Positions 1 through 9,540 of a DNA stretch of 64,000 bases are shown piece by piece (the stretch's first letter is position 1; each line of letters begins with the position of its first letter). Both the position numbers and the translations under genes were made by a program. Under the pieces are notes generated by a model. That model saw only the letters and a list, made by a program, of their open reading frames with translations. It ran no database searches and was not told the origin of the DNA. This DNA comes from Blastocatellia bacterium (GTDB lineage Bacteria; Acidobacteriota; Blastocatellia; HR10; J050): positions 38,567-102,566 of the forward strand of contig JANWZE010000031.1 of the NCBI GenBank assembly GCA_025054955.1. The letters run 5' to 3'.

Positions 1-1
1 C

Positions 2-142
2 CGACAGGCGCGCCGGCTGGCCGTTGAGCGATTTAACATCGAGCGACACGTTGATACCCTGCTACAAATCTACCAACAGGCATGCGCTGCTCAGCAATCA
101 AAACGCTGGGATGCGTTAGCGACCTTTCCATATCGGCGGTGA
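2..142 (+). CDS. 3' end of an upstream gene (partial); tail ...ERFNIERHVDTLLQIYQQA resembles a GT4 glycosyltransferase C-terminus
   Basis: Frame-2 translation is open from the window edge to TGA at 140-142. The start lies outside the window. Confidence 0.3.
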   Translation, partial: RQARRLAVERFNIERHVDTLLQIYQQACAAQQSKRWDALATFPYRR

Positions 143-153
143 CTTGCTGTTGT

Positions 154-1317
154 ATGAGGCTGGCCATACTCTGTCCGGATTTTCCGCCTGAGCGCAGCGC
201 GCTGGCCGACCATACAGCGGCGCTGGCGGCGCATCTCGGTCAACAGGCTGAAGTCGCCGTCATCACCTCGCAGCGCAACAGCGGTGCTCACTCGATGGTC
301 GGTGTGCGTGTCGAGCCATGCGTCCGGTCGTGGAATCTCTTCGGGATCATTCGCGTTCAACAAGTGCTCTGCGAATTTCAACCTGATTGGTTGATCGTAC
401 AGTATGTGCCGCACATGTATGGTCGAGCCGGCATCAACCTGGCGTTGCCGTTGATGCTCTGGTGGTGGCGACTTCACGGCTATAGGATTTTTCTTTTGCT
501 TCATGAACTCTATCTGGCTTGGTCGCTCAGACCGAAGCGTATGATTGCCGGTCTGCTGCAACGACTCATGCTGATGATGTGCGTTGCGGCGGCCTGTCGG
601 GTTGGTGTTTCGACGCAGGTATGGCAGCAGAAACTCCAACGATTATTTCCGATGTGGCTCTCTCATTTTCATTACTTGCCATCGCCATCGAACATTCCGG
701 TGACGATTGTCAGCGACGCGGAGAAGAGAGCGACGCGAGCACAACTTGGACTGGCTGGCGACAGTTTCGTTGTAGGATTATTCGGTACGCTTCACGATTC
801 CGTATTGCTTTCGTATGTCAGGGAGAGTTTGTCCGCGCTTCAGGCGTGTGGTCAACGGACGCAAGTGCTCTATGTTGGCCCGGCTTCTGGAGAGCTAGCG
901 GGTTCGCTTGGCAGTTCTGAACATGGCATGAACTGGCAGGTGATATGTACGGGTTACGTTGAGCCGGCGTGGGTCTCTCGTTACTTATCGCTGATGGATG
1001 TGCTGTTGCTGCCGCTGGTGGACGGCGTCTCGAGTCGGCGATCCTCGCTCATGGCGGCGCTCAGTCATCGTCTTGCTGTTGTGACCACGTCGGGTCCGGG
1101 AACCGATCCATTGCTTACCAACTCGGCCGCGCTGACTCTGTCGCCTGTCAACGATCAGCAGGCTTTTGTCGCTAATGTCTGCATGCTGGCCACTGATCAG
1201 GCGCGGCGACGCCAACTGGCCGAGGCTGGCGAAAGGCTTTACCGGGATCATTTCAGTTGGCCGGTTGTCACACAGCGGCTCCTATCCATCATGGAGAATG
1301 CGCATGAGCGCGCCTAG
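154..1317 (+). CDS. glycosyltransferase, GT4 (group 1) family
   Basis: ORF 82..1317 with internal start MRLAILCPDFPP at 154. GT-B architecture with a C-terminal sugar-donor-binding half. The stop overlaps the next GT start (ATGAGCGCGCCTAG). Confidence 0.65.
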   Translation: MRLAILCPDFPPERSALADHTAALAAHLGQQAEVAVITSQRNSGAHSMVGVRVEPCVRSWNLFGIIRVQQVLCEFQPDWLIVQYVPHMYGRAGINLALPLMLWWWRLHGYRIFLLLHELYLAWSLRPKRMIAGLLQRLMLMMCVAAACRVGVSTQVWQQKLQRLFPMWLSHFHYLPSPSNIPVTIVSDAEKRATRAQLGLAGDSFVVGLFGTLHDSVLLSYVRESLSALQACGQRTQVLYVGPASGELAGSLGSSEHGMNWQVICTGYVEPAWVSRYLSLMDVLLLPLVDGVSSRRSSLMAALSHRLAVVTTSGPGTDPLLTNSAALTLSPVNDQQAFVANVCMLATDQARRRQLAEAGERLYRDHFSWPVVTQRLLSIMENAHERA

Positions 1318-2434
1318 GAAAATCCTGTTGGTTTTCCCTGTCGGTGAGCGTGGTGGCGCCGAGCGTGTCTTTGCGGCTATCGCGCGCCATCTGGATCGGA
1401 GGCGATTTGAGCCGGTAGCGTGGTTTTTGCGGCCCGGCTCGCTCGTGCAAGAAATTCAAGCGCTCGGTGTTCCAACATTCCTCGATCCGATCACGCGACT
1501 GAGCGATCCGGTCAATTACTGGCGAACGGTGAAAGCTGGGCGGCAGCTTATCATCAACGAGTCTATTCAACTGGTGTTAAGTTCGCTCGGATATGGTCAT
1601 CTATATGGTGGCGTAGCGGCGCTCTGCGCCAACGTTGATGCAATATGGTGGCAGCACGGCATTGCCTCGCTCACCAATTGGATTGATCAACTGGCTGCCG
1701 CCGTCCCGGCCAAACTTATCATCACGAGTTCATATATTGCAGCGCGCGCGCATGCCGACGCCTTGAGTTTGAACGGAACGCCACTGACCATCATTCATCC
1801 TGGCATTGAACCGGCGCCGGACAGAGTGTGGGATCGTCAACTGGTCTTGAAAGAATTTGGCATCGAGCCGGGAGCGACCGTCGTCGCCGCCATCAGCCGT
1901 CTCCAGCCCGGCAAAGGACAGGATGTGCTGATCCGCGCAGCTTCGCTGCTGATCGAGCGCTATCGGCAGGTCATGTTTCTAGTTGTCGGCAGCGAGCTGT
2001 TCAATAAGAGCCAGGGCTATGAATCAATGTTGAAGCGATTAGCTGTGGAGCTAGGCGTGGCCGATCATATTGTCTTCACCGGATTGCGTCATGACATTGA
2101 TCGTCTCCTGAGTGCGATTGACGTCTTCGTGCATCCGGCCACAGCGCCCGAATCATTTGGTCTGGCTGTTGTCGAAGCGATGGCCGCTGGCAAGCCGGTG
2201 ATTGTGACTGATGTCGGCGGCCCGCGCGAGACGGTCGTTGACGGCTACACCGGAATGATCATACCGCCACGCGATGTTCAGCAACTCGTCCACGCGCTCG
2301 CGGTGTTGATCGAGCGTCCCTCGTTACGAGAGGCGATGGGTCAAGCCGCGCGCGCGCACGTGCTGGAGCATTTCAGCCAGCAGACGATGATCCGAAAGGT
2401 CGAATCGGCGCTGGCGGCTGTGTTAGAGTGTTGA
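1304..2434 (+). CDS. glycosyltransferase, GT4 family
   Basis: Start taken at MSAPRKILLVFPVGERGGAERV (1304), which overlaps the upstream stop. C-terminal GT1 motifs (...FVHPATAPESFGLAVVEAMAAGKPVIVTDVGG...). Confidence 0.8.
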   Translation: MSAPRKILLVFPVGERGGAERVFAAIARHLDRRRFEPVAWFLRPGSLVQEIQALGVPTFLDPITRLSDPVNYWRTVKAGRQLIINESIQLVLSSLGYGHLYGGVAALCANVDAIWWQHGIASLTNWIDQLAAAVPAKLIITSSYIAARAHADALSLNGTPLTIIHPGIEPAPDRVWDRQLVLKEFGIEPGATVVAAISRLQPGKGQDVLIRAASLLIERYRQVMFLVVGSELFNKSQGYESMLKRLAVELGVADHIVFTGLRHDIDRLLSAIDVFVHPATAPESFGLAVVEAMAAGKPVIVTDVGGPRETVVDGYTGMIIPPRDVQQLVHALAVLIERPSLREAMGQAARAHVLEHFSQQTMIRKVESALAAVLEC

Positions 2435-2437
2435 CCA

Positions 2438-3196
2438 ATGACGGAACCGGCTGGCCCAGAATTTTATACCGGCGATTACTACCGCACGCGATGTGGCGGT
2501 CACGAGCTATTCGATTCATTCGATGGGCGTGAGCTTGAACCGATTCGCCGAAAAGCTATTGAACTAGCCCAACCGGGACCTGGGCAGCTCATCTTGGATG
2601 TCGGTTGTGGACGTGGCGAAATTGTCTTGGCCTGCGCACTACGGGGCGCGCGCGCTATCGGCATTGATTTCAGCCCGCATGCTATTGAGCTGACCCGACA
2701 TTTGCTGAACAAACTCCCGGCCGACGCCGCAGCGGCCGTTGTTCAGATGGATGCGGCTGATTTAGGATTTTGCTCCAATCAGTTCGATTCGATCCTGATG
2801 TTGGATTTCGTCGAACATGTCCCGCAAGATCGGCTGCGCCAGATCATTGCCCGTTGTCATGCCCTGTTGAAGCCGGGTGGGCGACTGATCATTCACACTG
2901 GACCGACGCAAGAATTCATTCGCTATGGACAGCACGCCAAGCGTCTGTTATACAAGCTGCTTGGGCGACCCGTTCCAGCCCTGATTACGTGGGAGGGCGA
3001 AGCGCGGCTGGCCGGTCATTGTAATTTGCATACCAAGCAGAGTCTTCGAGAAGCAATGGCAGTATTCGAGCAAAAATCGGTGCAATACCATTTTGCTATT
3101 GAGCAGGGATGGCTCAAGCGGTTGGTCCGAACAAGCGGCTTGACCCGTTATTTCGCTTTTCATTTGTGGGGCATTGGTGTTAAACGTTCATCATAA
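2438..3196 (+). CDS. class I SAM-dependent methyltransferase
   Basis: SAM-binding motif LDVGCGRGEIVLACALRGARAIGIDFS. It starts 4 nt after the upstream stop. Confidence 0.8.
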   Translation: MTEPAGPEFYTGDYYRTRCGGHELFDSFDGRELEPIRRKAIELAQPGPGQLILDVGCGRGEIVLACALRGARAIGIDFSPHAIELTRHLLNKLPADAAAAVVQMDAADLGFCSNQFDSILMLDFVEHVPQDRLRQIIARCHALLKPGGRLIIHTGPTQEFIRYGQHAKRLLYKLLGRPVPALITWEGEARLAGHCNLHTKQSLREAMAVFEQKSVQYHFAIEQGWLKRLVRTSGLTRYFAFHLWGIGVKRSS

Positions 3197-3386
3197 GTCA
3201 TCAATGGTGGTTTCATTCAGATTGTTCTGGCAGGATTAGAAAGCGCGGATTGAGAAGCAATCACACGAGACCATCAGCGGTGGTTTCATTCAGATTGTTC
3301 TGGCAGGATGAGAAAGCGCGGATTGAGAAGCAATCACACGAAACCATCAGCGGTGGTTTCATTCAAGCTGTTCTCACAGGAAGGCT
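3197..3386. repeat. tandem direct repeat, ~81-bp unit x ~2.3, beginning at the methyltransferase stop codon
   Basis: 'catca(a/g)(t/c)ggtggtttcattcagattgttctggcaggat(t/g)agaaagcgcggattgagaagcaatcacacga(g/a)ac' is repeated. The first copy includes the gene's last codons. Confidence 0.85.
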
Positions 3387-4850
3387 ATGGACATAAGGAC
3401 GTATGGACGGAGGGCGGATAAGGCGCCTGTTCTCATTGCTGGTTATCCGCGCCGACGCTCGCCTGCACTGGTTGGTCTGGGATGGCGTGATCTGTTCGTT
3501 CAGGATCAGCTCGTGCATAGCGCATTGATTGGCACGATTGTCATCGGCTTTTTCATCGCCTATATCAAGGATCGTTATCCGATTCCGCTAAGCTATTTCC
3601 TATTCGACATCGGTCTGGGTGTGACGCTGTTATTTTGGTTGACGGGAACGGATCGGCTCTCTCATCTGCGGCTGCCGCGAACGCCGCTGACGCTGCCGCT
3701 GCTGATTTTCTACATGGTGTGCTTTGTCTACATTTTCTTTCCTGATGTTCCGTTGCTGGTTAGTCTATCAGCCTTTCGCGGCTGGTGTGTATCATCGCTG
3801 GCGTTTTTCATCGGTTATGATCTCATCAAATCCGAGCGGCATGTTGAGTTCTACCTGCGTCTTGTTATTCTGCTAGGGATGATCGCCGGCGCCTACGGCA
3901 TCTACCAATATGCGGCTGGCATCGAGAGTGTGCTGAGCGACGATGTCATCGCTTCGCAGCGTCACCAGTTTGCTACCTATGTCACCGAGGAAGGTGAGTT
4001 GGAATTTCGCATTTTTTCCACGTTCGTCTCGGCAGGCGCATTCGGTACAATGATGTCATATACCAGCTTCATCGCGTTGGCGCTCGCCATCAGCGATAAG
4101 GTTTCAACGCGCCAGAAGGTGCTACTGGGATTGGCGATCCTGCCGATGTTGACCAGCCTTGTGCTAACCGGCACGCGCGCAGCGTTGCTCATGATGGTGA
4201 TTGGCGTGGTGATTCTTTACTGGTACAAGCGCCATTTCCGCATCTATGTCACGGTCATGATTCTGATCCTGATAGGCGTTCAACTCGGCATCAGCCTGAC
4301 GGAAGGGCGCGCCGCGAGCCGGTTCGCTTCGTTGACCAACCTCGACGTGTTGCTCGGGCGGCTATCCAATCCGTTCATTACTGGCTGGGAATCGCTCATG
4401 CAAGCGCCATTGGGGCATGGCCTCGGCGTCACCGGTCATGGCGTGCCGTTCTATCTGCTGCAACAGTATCCAACATTGCAGCTCATCTTTTCCGATGGTG
4501 ATTATGGACGAATCATGGTGGAAATGGGCATCGTGGGCTTGGCGCTGCTCTCGTTGATCATGCTGACGGCCATTCGAGGTGGTGTTAAATCACTGCGGAT
4601 GCTACGCACGACGCCATCACAAGATGCCGCATTGGCCATCTTCGGCAGCAGCGTGATGGTTGGCATTACAACGTTGGTTGGCTCACCATTTCTCGGCATT
4701 CCTCATGGCTTGTTGTGGTGGTTTTTCATGGGCGCGCTGTTCAAATTGCAGATAATCTGGGCTGACCGCCGACAAGGCGCGGCGATTGAGGTCGCTCGAC
4801 GCCAGGTGGCGACTGCTGCTGCACGCCGCCGTGCGAACGTAGCGCCGTGA
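3387..4850 (+). CDS. O-antigen ligase / polysaccharide polymerase-like polytopic membrane protein (Wzy/WaaL family)
   Basis: About 10-12 hydrophobic segments. Lies in a GT cluster. A loop segment ...GTRAALLMMVIGVV... and a periplasmic-loop region are typical of the O-antigen ligase family. Confidence 0.6.
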   Translation: MDIRTYGRRADKAPVLIAGYPRRRSPALVGLGWRDLFVQDQLVHSALIGTIVIGFFIAYIKDRYPIPLSYFLFDIGLGVTLLFWLTGTDRLSHLRLPRTPLTLPLLIFYMVCFVYIFFPDVPLLVSLSAFRGWCVSSLAFFIGYDLIKSERHVEFYLRLVILLGMIAGAYGIYQYAAGIESVLSDDVIASQRHQFATYVTEEGELEFRIFSTFVSAGAFGTMMSYTSFIALALAISDKVSTRQKVLLGLAILPMLTSLVLTGTRAALLMMVIGVVILYWYKRHFRIYVTVMILILIGVQLGISLTEGRAASRFASLTNLDVLLGRLSNPFITGWESLMQAPLGHGLGVTGHGVPFYLLQQYPTLQLIFSDGDYGRIMVEMGIVGLALLSLIMLTAIRGGVKSLRMLRTTPSQDAALAIFGSSVMVGITTLVGSPFLGIPHGLLWWFFMGALFKLQIIWADRRQGAAIEVARRQVATAAARRRANVAP

Positions 4851-7057
4851 TGAAAATAGCCTTCGTTGTGCATGACTATCACAAAGCCGGCGGCCACAGC
4901 CGGTATGTGGCCGAGTTGGCCGAACGCTTCGCTCGCGAGCACGACGTGCATGTATTCGCCAACCGGATCGAAGGTGATCAGCCGGCCAACATTCATTTCC
5001 ATCATGTCCCAGCGTGGCGCGCGAGCGCGTTGAGCACGATCCTGACCTTCATCCTGCCGGCGACGCTGAAACTCACCGACCCGTTCGAGATCGTTCACGC
5101 TCAAGGTTTGTCCTGTTGGCGGGCTGATGTAGTGACGGCGCACATTTGTCAGGAAGGCTGGTTTGCCGCACAGGCAGCGTATCAAGGCGGACTCACTTGG
5201 CAGCAACGCCTCTTTCGCGCGCTCGTCGGACGGATGGAACGATGGGTCTATCAGCCAGCGCATTCATCGCACGTCATTGCCATTTCCCAAGCCGTGCGCC
5301 AGGATTTACGCCAGCACTACGGTCGCACACAAAATGTGCATGTGATTCATCACGGCGTGGACGTCACACGATTTCATCCGAATCAACGAGCGCGCCATCG
5401 GGCGCATACACGCGCCGTATGGGGATTGGCCGACACAGATTTCGTCGCCCTGTACGTCGGTGATTTGCAGAAAGGCGCTGCCACAGCCATTGAAGCCATC
5501 GCTCGCGTCGAGGGCGCGCGATTGGTTTTCGTCTCCCGCTCACAAGCAGATTCCTATCGGCAACAAGCAACAGCATTGAATGCCGGCGACCGCGTCATCT
5601 TTTGTCCGCCGACCGACCAGATTGAACGAATCTACGCTGCCGCCGACGCGCTCTTATTCCCCACGTTCTACGATGCGTTCGGCATGGTCATTACGGAAGC
5701 GATGGCGATGGGCTTGCCGGTTGTCACAAGTCGGGCAGCAGGCGCCGCCGAATTGATCGAGCATGAACGGAGCGGCATCATCGTTGAAAAAGCCGATGAT
5801 GCCACATCATTCAGCGTGGCCTTGCGACGCTTGATGACTGACGTTCAGCTCAGAGAACGACTCGGCGCAAACGCTCGCCAAACGGTTGAAGCACGCACGT
5901 GGGATCACGTCGCCGAACAAACAATGGCCGTCTACCGACGAGCGTATGAGCAAAAACACTCGGCCAAACCAACAATTGCGTTTCTGATCAACGGCGGTCC
6001 AACCACCCCCTTGAGCGCGCGCGCCGAAGCGTTCACCAAGCGATTGCAGGAAGGCTATGACATTCATCTGTTGTATCGCTCCCGACGCAAAATCGGCTCG
6101 CTGTTGCGATTGACAGCAGCGTTGTTTCGTATCAAGCCGTCGCTCAGTTATGTGTTCGACATGAGCTACTCCGGCGTGCTGGCGGCGGCGCTTTACAAGC
6201 TCTGGTCAAACAATCGGGTTGTTGTTGATACAGGCGATGTCATTTATGAGCTGGCCAAATCAATGGGCACACGAAGCCGTTTAGGACTTTGGTTGACAAA
6301 GCAACTGGAGACGCTGTCGTTAAACGTGGCCGATTATCTCATTGTGCGTGGCACGCGCCATAAGCAATGGCTCCAGTCACAAGGCCTCCATCGCGTCGAG
6401 GTCATTCAAGATGGTATCGAACGGGAAGCGTTTCGACCTGTGGACGCAACGGCGCTGCGCCGGCAACTGGCGTTGGAGAATGTGTTGACCATCGGACTTG
6501 TCGGGACATCCATCTGGAACGAGCGATGGGATATGGGCTACGGCTGGGAGCTGGTTGAGGCGCTGCGGCTGCTCAAAGGCGAGCCGGTGAAAGGCATTTT
6601 GATCGGCGATGGCGACGGCATTGCGCGACTGAAGGCACGTTGCCGGGAGTATGGCCTCGAAGACAATATGCTGTTTCTTGGTTATGTGCCGCACGAGCAA
6701 TTGCCGCTCTACCTCAACCTGATTGATGTGTGCATTTCTACGCAGACGAACGATCTGGTTGGTCAGGTGAGAACGACCGGCAAACTGCCACTCTATCTAG
6801 CCGCCGGACGATTCATTCTGGCGACCCGCGTGGGCGAGGCTGCGCTCGTGTTGGACGAGGACATGCTCGTGGATTATGAAGGCGTCAAAGATAGAGAGTA
6901 TCCGCAACGGCTCGCCCAGCGCATCCGCGCCATTGTGCGCGACCGCGCCCAGCTTGAACGCGGCGAGCGCAACCGGCGCGTGGCGGCTGAGTATTTCGAT
7001 TATGATGTGTTGGCTGAGCGGCTCAAAAACGTGATCTCCGGCTTGATAGGAGTATGA
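4847..7057 (+). CDS. two-domain glycosyltransferase (N-terminal GT4 domain plus a second GT-B-like domain)
   Basis: 736 aa. Residues 1-370 are a classic GT4 (MMKIAFVVHDYHKAGGHSRY ... FPTFYDAFGMVITEAMAMGLPVV). Residues ~375-736 form a second Rossmann-like GT-B domain. The gene overlaps the upstream stop. Confidence 0.7.
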   Translation: MMKIAFVVHDYHKAGGHSRYVAELAERFAREHDVHVFANRIEGDQPANIHFHHVPAWRASALSTILTFILPATLKLTDPFEIVHAQGLSCWRADVVTAHICQEGWFAAQAAYQGGLTWQQRLFRALVGRMERWVYQPAHSSHVIAISQAVRQDLRQHYGRTQNVHVIHHGVDVTRFHPNQRARHRAHTRAVWGLADTDFVALYVGDLQKGAATAIEAIARVEGARLVFVSRSQADSYRQQATALNAGDRVIFCPPTDQIERIYAAADALLFPTFYDAFGMVITEAMAMGLPVVTSRAAGAAELIEHERSGIIVEKADDATSFSVALRRLMTDVQLRERLGANARQTVEARTWDHVAEQTMAVYRRAYEQKHSAKPTIAFLINGGPTTPLSARAEAFTKRLQEGYDIHLLYRSRRKIGSLLRLTAALFRIKPSLSYVFDMSYSGVLAAALYKLWSNNRVVVDTGDVIYELAKSMGTRSRLGLWLTKQLETLSLNVADYLIVRGTRHKQWLQSQGLHRVEVIQDGIEREAFRPVDATALRRQLALENVLTIGLVGTSIWNERWDMGYGWELVEALRLLKGEPVKGILIGDGDGIARLKARCREYGLEDNMLFLGYVPHEQLPLYLNLIDVCISTQTNDLVGQVRTTGKLPLYLAAGRFILATRVGEAALVLDEDMLVDYEGVKDREYPQRLAQRIRAIVRDRAQLERGERNRRVAAEYFDYDVLAERLKNVISGLIGV

Positions 7058-7061
7058 TGTT

Positions 7062-8159
7062 GTGCGCGTGTGCTTGTTTCCAGATTTGCCGATTGAAAAT
7101 TGGAAGAGCATGGACCTTTACGCAAACAAGCTCACCGCCGGACTACGCGCCGTTGCCAATGACGGAGAATTCGAGCTCGTCGCTGTCAAACCGTCGCCGC
7201 GACATCATCGGTATATCGCTCGGTATGTCGTCTATCCTCAAAGGGCGAAATCGTATCGAGCTGACGTTTACCACGTGCTCGATCATTCTTACGGTCATCT
7301 GGTAGGCGCGCTTGACGCAACGCGAACTGTCGTGACCGTGCATGATGTCTACCCGCTGCGTCTCGTCAATGAGCGCGCCGACTCGTGGCGCGAGCGGCTC
7401 CGCAACCGATTGCTGCGTTGGGTTATGACCCAGATGCAGCGAGCTGGCTGGCTCATTGCTGATTCGCATTTCACCAAACGAGAGTTGCTTGAACTGACGG
7501 ATTTCCCCGAAGCGCGCATCAGCGTTGTTCATCTCGGCGTCGAGGAAGCGTTTTTCCAACCGGTGAGCCTGGACGCGCGGCAGCAGTTCCGGCACGCCTT
7601 GCGTGTGCCTGAACAAGCACCCTTGCTGTTGCACGTGGGCAGTTGCGATCCACGAAAAAACATTCCGACGTTGCTGCGCGGGTTCAAGCAGTGGCTGAGT
7701 GAGTCACACGTTGATGGTCATCTTCTTCAAATTGGCGGACGGTTCACGGACGATCATCGCCGGCTGATCGCCGCATTGGATATTGCGTCGCGCGTCCACC
7801 AACGACCGCAGGTTTCACTGGATGACCTTCGCTGCGCTTATCAAGCTGCCGATGTATTACTGCTCCCGTCAACATACGAGGGATTCGGCCTGACGGTGTT
7901 GGAAGCGATGGCGTCAGCCACGCCGGTCATTGCGTCCCATGTTGGTCCTCTACCGGAAGTGCTGGGCGATGCAGGCCTGCTGGTTGCGCCGATCAATCCG
8001 ATGACGTTGGCCGAAGCTGTGGCCAGAGTTCTCGATGACGCGACATTGAGAAAGCAGCTCATTGAGCGAGGCCGCTTGCGGGCCATGGCGTTTACGTGGA
8101 CTGAGACAGCGCGCCAGACGCTGGCCGTTTACCAACGCATCCATGCAGAGCACGCGTGA
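7062..8159 (+). CDS. glycosyltransferase, GT4 family
   Basis: C-terminal motif ...LLPSTYEGFGLTVLEAMASATPVIAS.... Confidence 0.8.
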   Translation: MRVCLFPDLPIENWKSMDLYANKLTAGLRAVANDGEFELVAVKPSPRHHRYIARYVVYPQRAKSYRADVYHVLDHSYGHLVGALDATRTVVTVHDVYPLRLVNERADSWRERLRNRLLRWVMTQMQRAGWLIADSHFTKRELLELTDFPEARISVVHLGVEEAFFQPVSLDARQQFRHALRVPEQAPLLLHVGSCDPRKNIPTLLRGFKQWLSESHVDGHLLQIGGRFTDDHRRLIAALDIASRVHQRPQVSLDDLRCAYQAADVLLLPSTYEGFGLTVLEAMASATPVIASHVGPLPEVLGDAGLLVAPINPMTLAEAVARVLDDATLRKQLIERGRLRAMAFTWTETARQTLAVYQRIHAEHA

Positions 8160-9331
8160 TTAGGATTTTGTTTCTCAATTCATCATCGCAACTGGGCGGC
8201 GCCGAATGGGTGCTGCACGACGTGGTCACCCATCTGGATGCAAAGCGATTCACGTCATTGGTGGTTCTGCCAAAGCCGGGGCCGCTCCTTGATAAACTGC
8301 GCGACGCCGGCATTGACGTTCGACTTATGAGCCCATTCGAGCCGTTGCTTGGACTGGGTCGCTACAGTCGCTGGATGGAGATCGGGCGCATGCTGCCTGC
8401 CTTCGCCCGCGCTCTGACCGGGCTGTTTCACCTCAAGCGGATCATCGAACAAGAAAGGATTGACATCGTTCATGCACACGGCATCAAGATGCATTTTCTG
8501 AGTGGCGCGCTTCGTCTTGTGATTAACACGCCGCTGATATGGCATCTTCACGATTTCGTGCGTCAGCGCCGTTTTTACCCGCTGTATGTGCGGTTGGCCG
8601 AGGCATGCCCGTCATTGATCATTGTCAACTCGCATGCGGTCGCTGCTGACTTGGGTCGAATGCGGAACATTGCTGTCGTCCACAACGGCGTTGACATTGA
8701 TAGTTTTTCGCCGGTCGAGAGGCAGCGCGATGGTTCTCTGCGCGTCGGCATCATCGGCATGCTCGCGCCGTGGAAAGGGCATCATGTATTCCTCGACGCA
8801 GCTCGGCTGGTCAGTCGGCAAGTAGATCAGGTGACCTTCTGGATCATCGGCGACGAGATTTACGATACCGCCGGCCATCGAGGCTACCGACAACAGCTTG
8901 AGGAGTGGGTAAGGGTCAACAACCTTGAGCAGTATGTGAGGTTCACTGGCTTTCGCTCGGATGTCGCCCGCGTCATCAATACACTCGACGTCGTCGTCCA
9001 CGCCTCAATTGAGCCGGAGCCGTTCGGCCGTGTCTTGATTGAAGCGATGGCGTGTGGTAAACCGGTGATCGCCTCGAATGCAGGCGGAGTGCCAGAAATT
9101 GTTGAGCATGAAGTGACCGGCTTGTTGACTAGGCCGCGCGATGCCCAACAACTGGCGGGTATGATCATGAGATTGTTGCAGGACGAATCAGAGCGCAAGC
9201 GATTCGGATTGGCAGGCCGTCGGCGTGTCGAGCAGCATTTTTCGTTACAGCGGCAGGTTCATCGGATTGAAGCGATCTATGAATCGTTGATGAGTGGACG
9301 GTGGTCAGTGGGCAATGAAGAGGAAAGGTGA
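8156..9331 (+). CDS. glycosyltransferase, GT4 family
   Basis: MIRILFLNSSSQLGGAEWVL... and ...HASIEPEPFGRVLIEAMACGKPVIASNAGG.... 4-nt overlap with the upstream gene. Confidence 0.8.
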   Translation: MIRILFLNSSSQLGGAEWVLHDVVTHLDAKRFTSLVVLPKPGPLLDKLRDAGIDVRLMSPFEPLLGLGRYSRWMEIGRMLPAFARALTGLFHLKRIIEQERIDIVHAHGIKMHFLSGALRLVINTPLIWHLHDFVRQRRFYPLYVRLAEACPSLIIVNSHAVAADLGRMRNIAVVHNGVDIDSFSPVERQRDGSLRVGIIGMLAPWKGHHVFLDAARLVSRQVDQVTFWIIGDEIYDTAGHRGYRQQLEEWVRVNNLEQYVRFTGFRSDVARVINTLDVVVHASIEPEPFGRVLIEAMACGKPVIASNAGGVPEIVEHEVTGLLTRPRDAQQLAGMIMRLLQDESERKRFGLAGRRRVEQHFSLQRQVHRIEAIYESLMSGRWSVGNEEER

Positions 9332-9540
9332 TCGGTGGTTGTGGCCAGTGGTCAGTGGACAGGGGACAGTGGTTAGTAGACATTGAACAGGAGAAGTGGA
9401 CAGTGTTTGGTGGCTAGTGGTCAGTGGACCGGAGCTAGTTATTTCAATTAGCTCCTGGCTTCTGGCTCCTGATTTCTGGCTTCTGGCTTCTGACTCCTGG
9501 CTTCTGACTCCTGGCTTCTGACTTCTGACTCCTTCAACCT
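9332..9540. repeat. composite short-period repeat region: a 'cagtggacag'-type block, a 7-bp-stem palindrome (ggagcta...tagctcc), then ~9 copies of a 13-14-bp unit 'cctggcttctgact'
   Basis: Read directly from the sequence. The antisense ORF 9448..9633 is only the translation of this repeat. Confidence 0.85.

Noticed and set aside
9400-9540. Possible CRISPR array (regular short repeats)
   Set aside because: The period is only 13-14 bp with no unique spacers, so it is a simple short tandem repeat. No cas genes are in the window.
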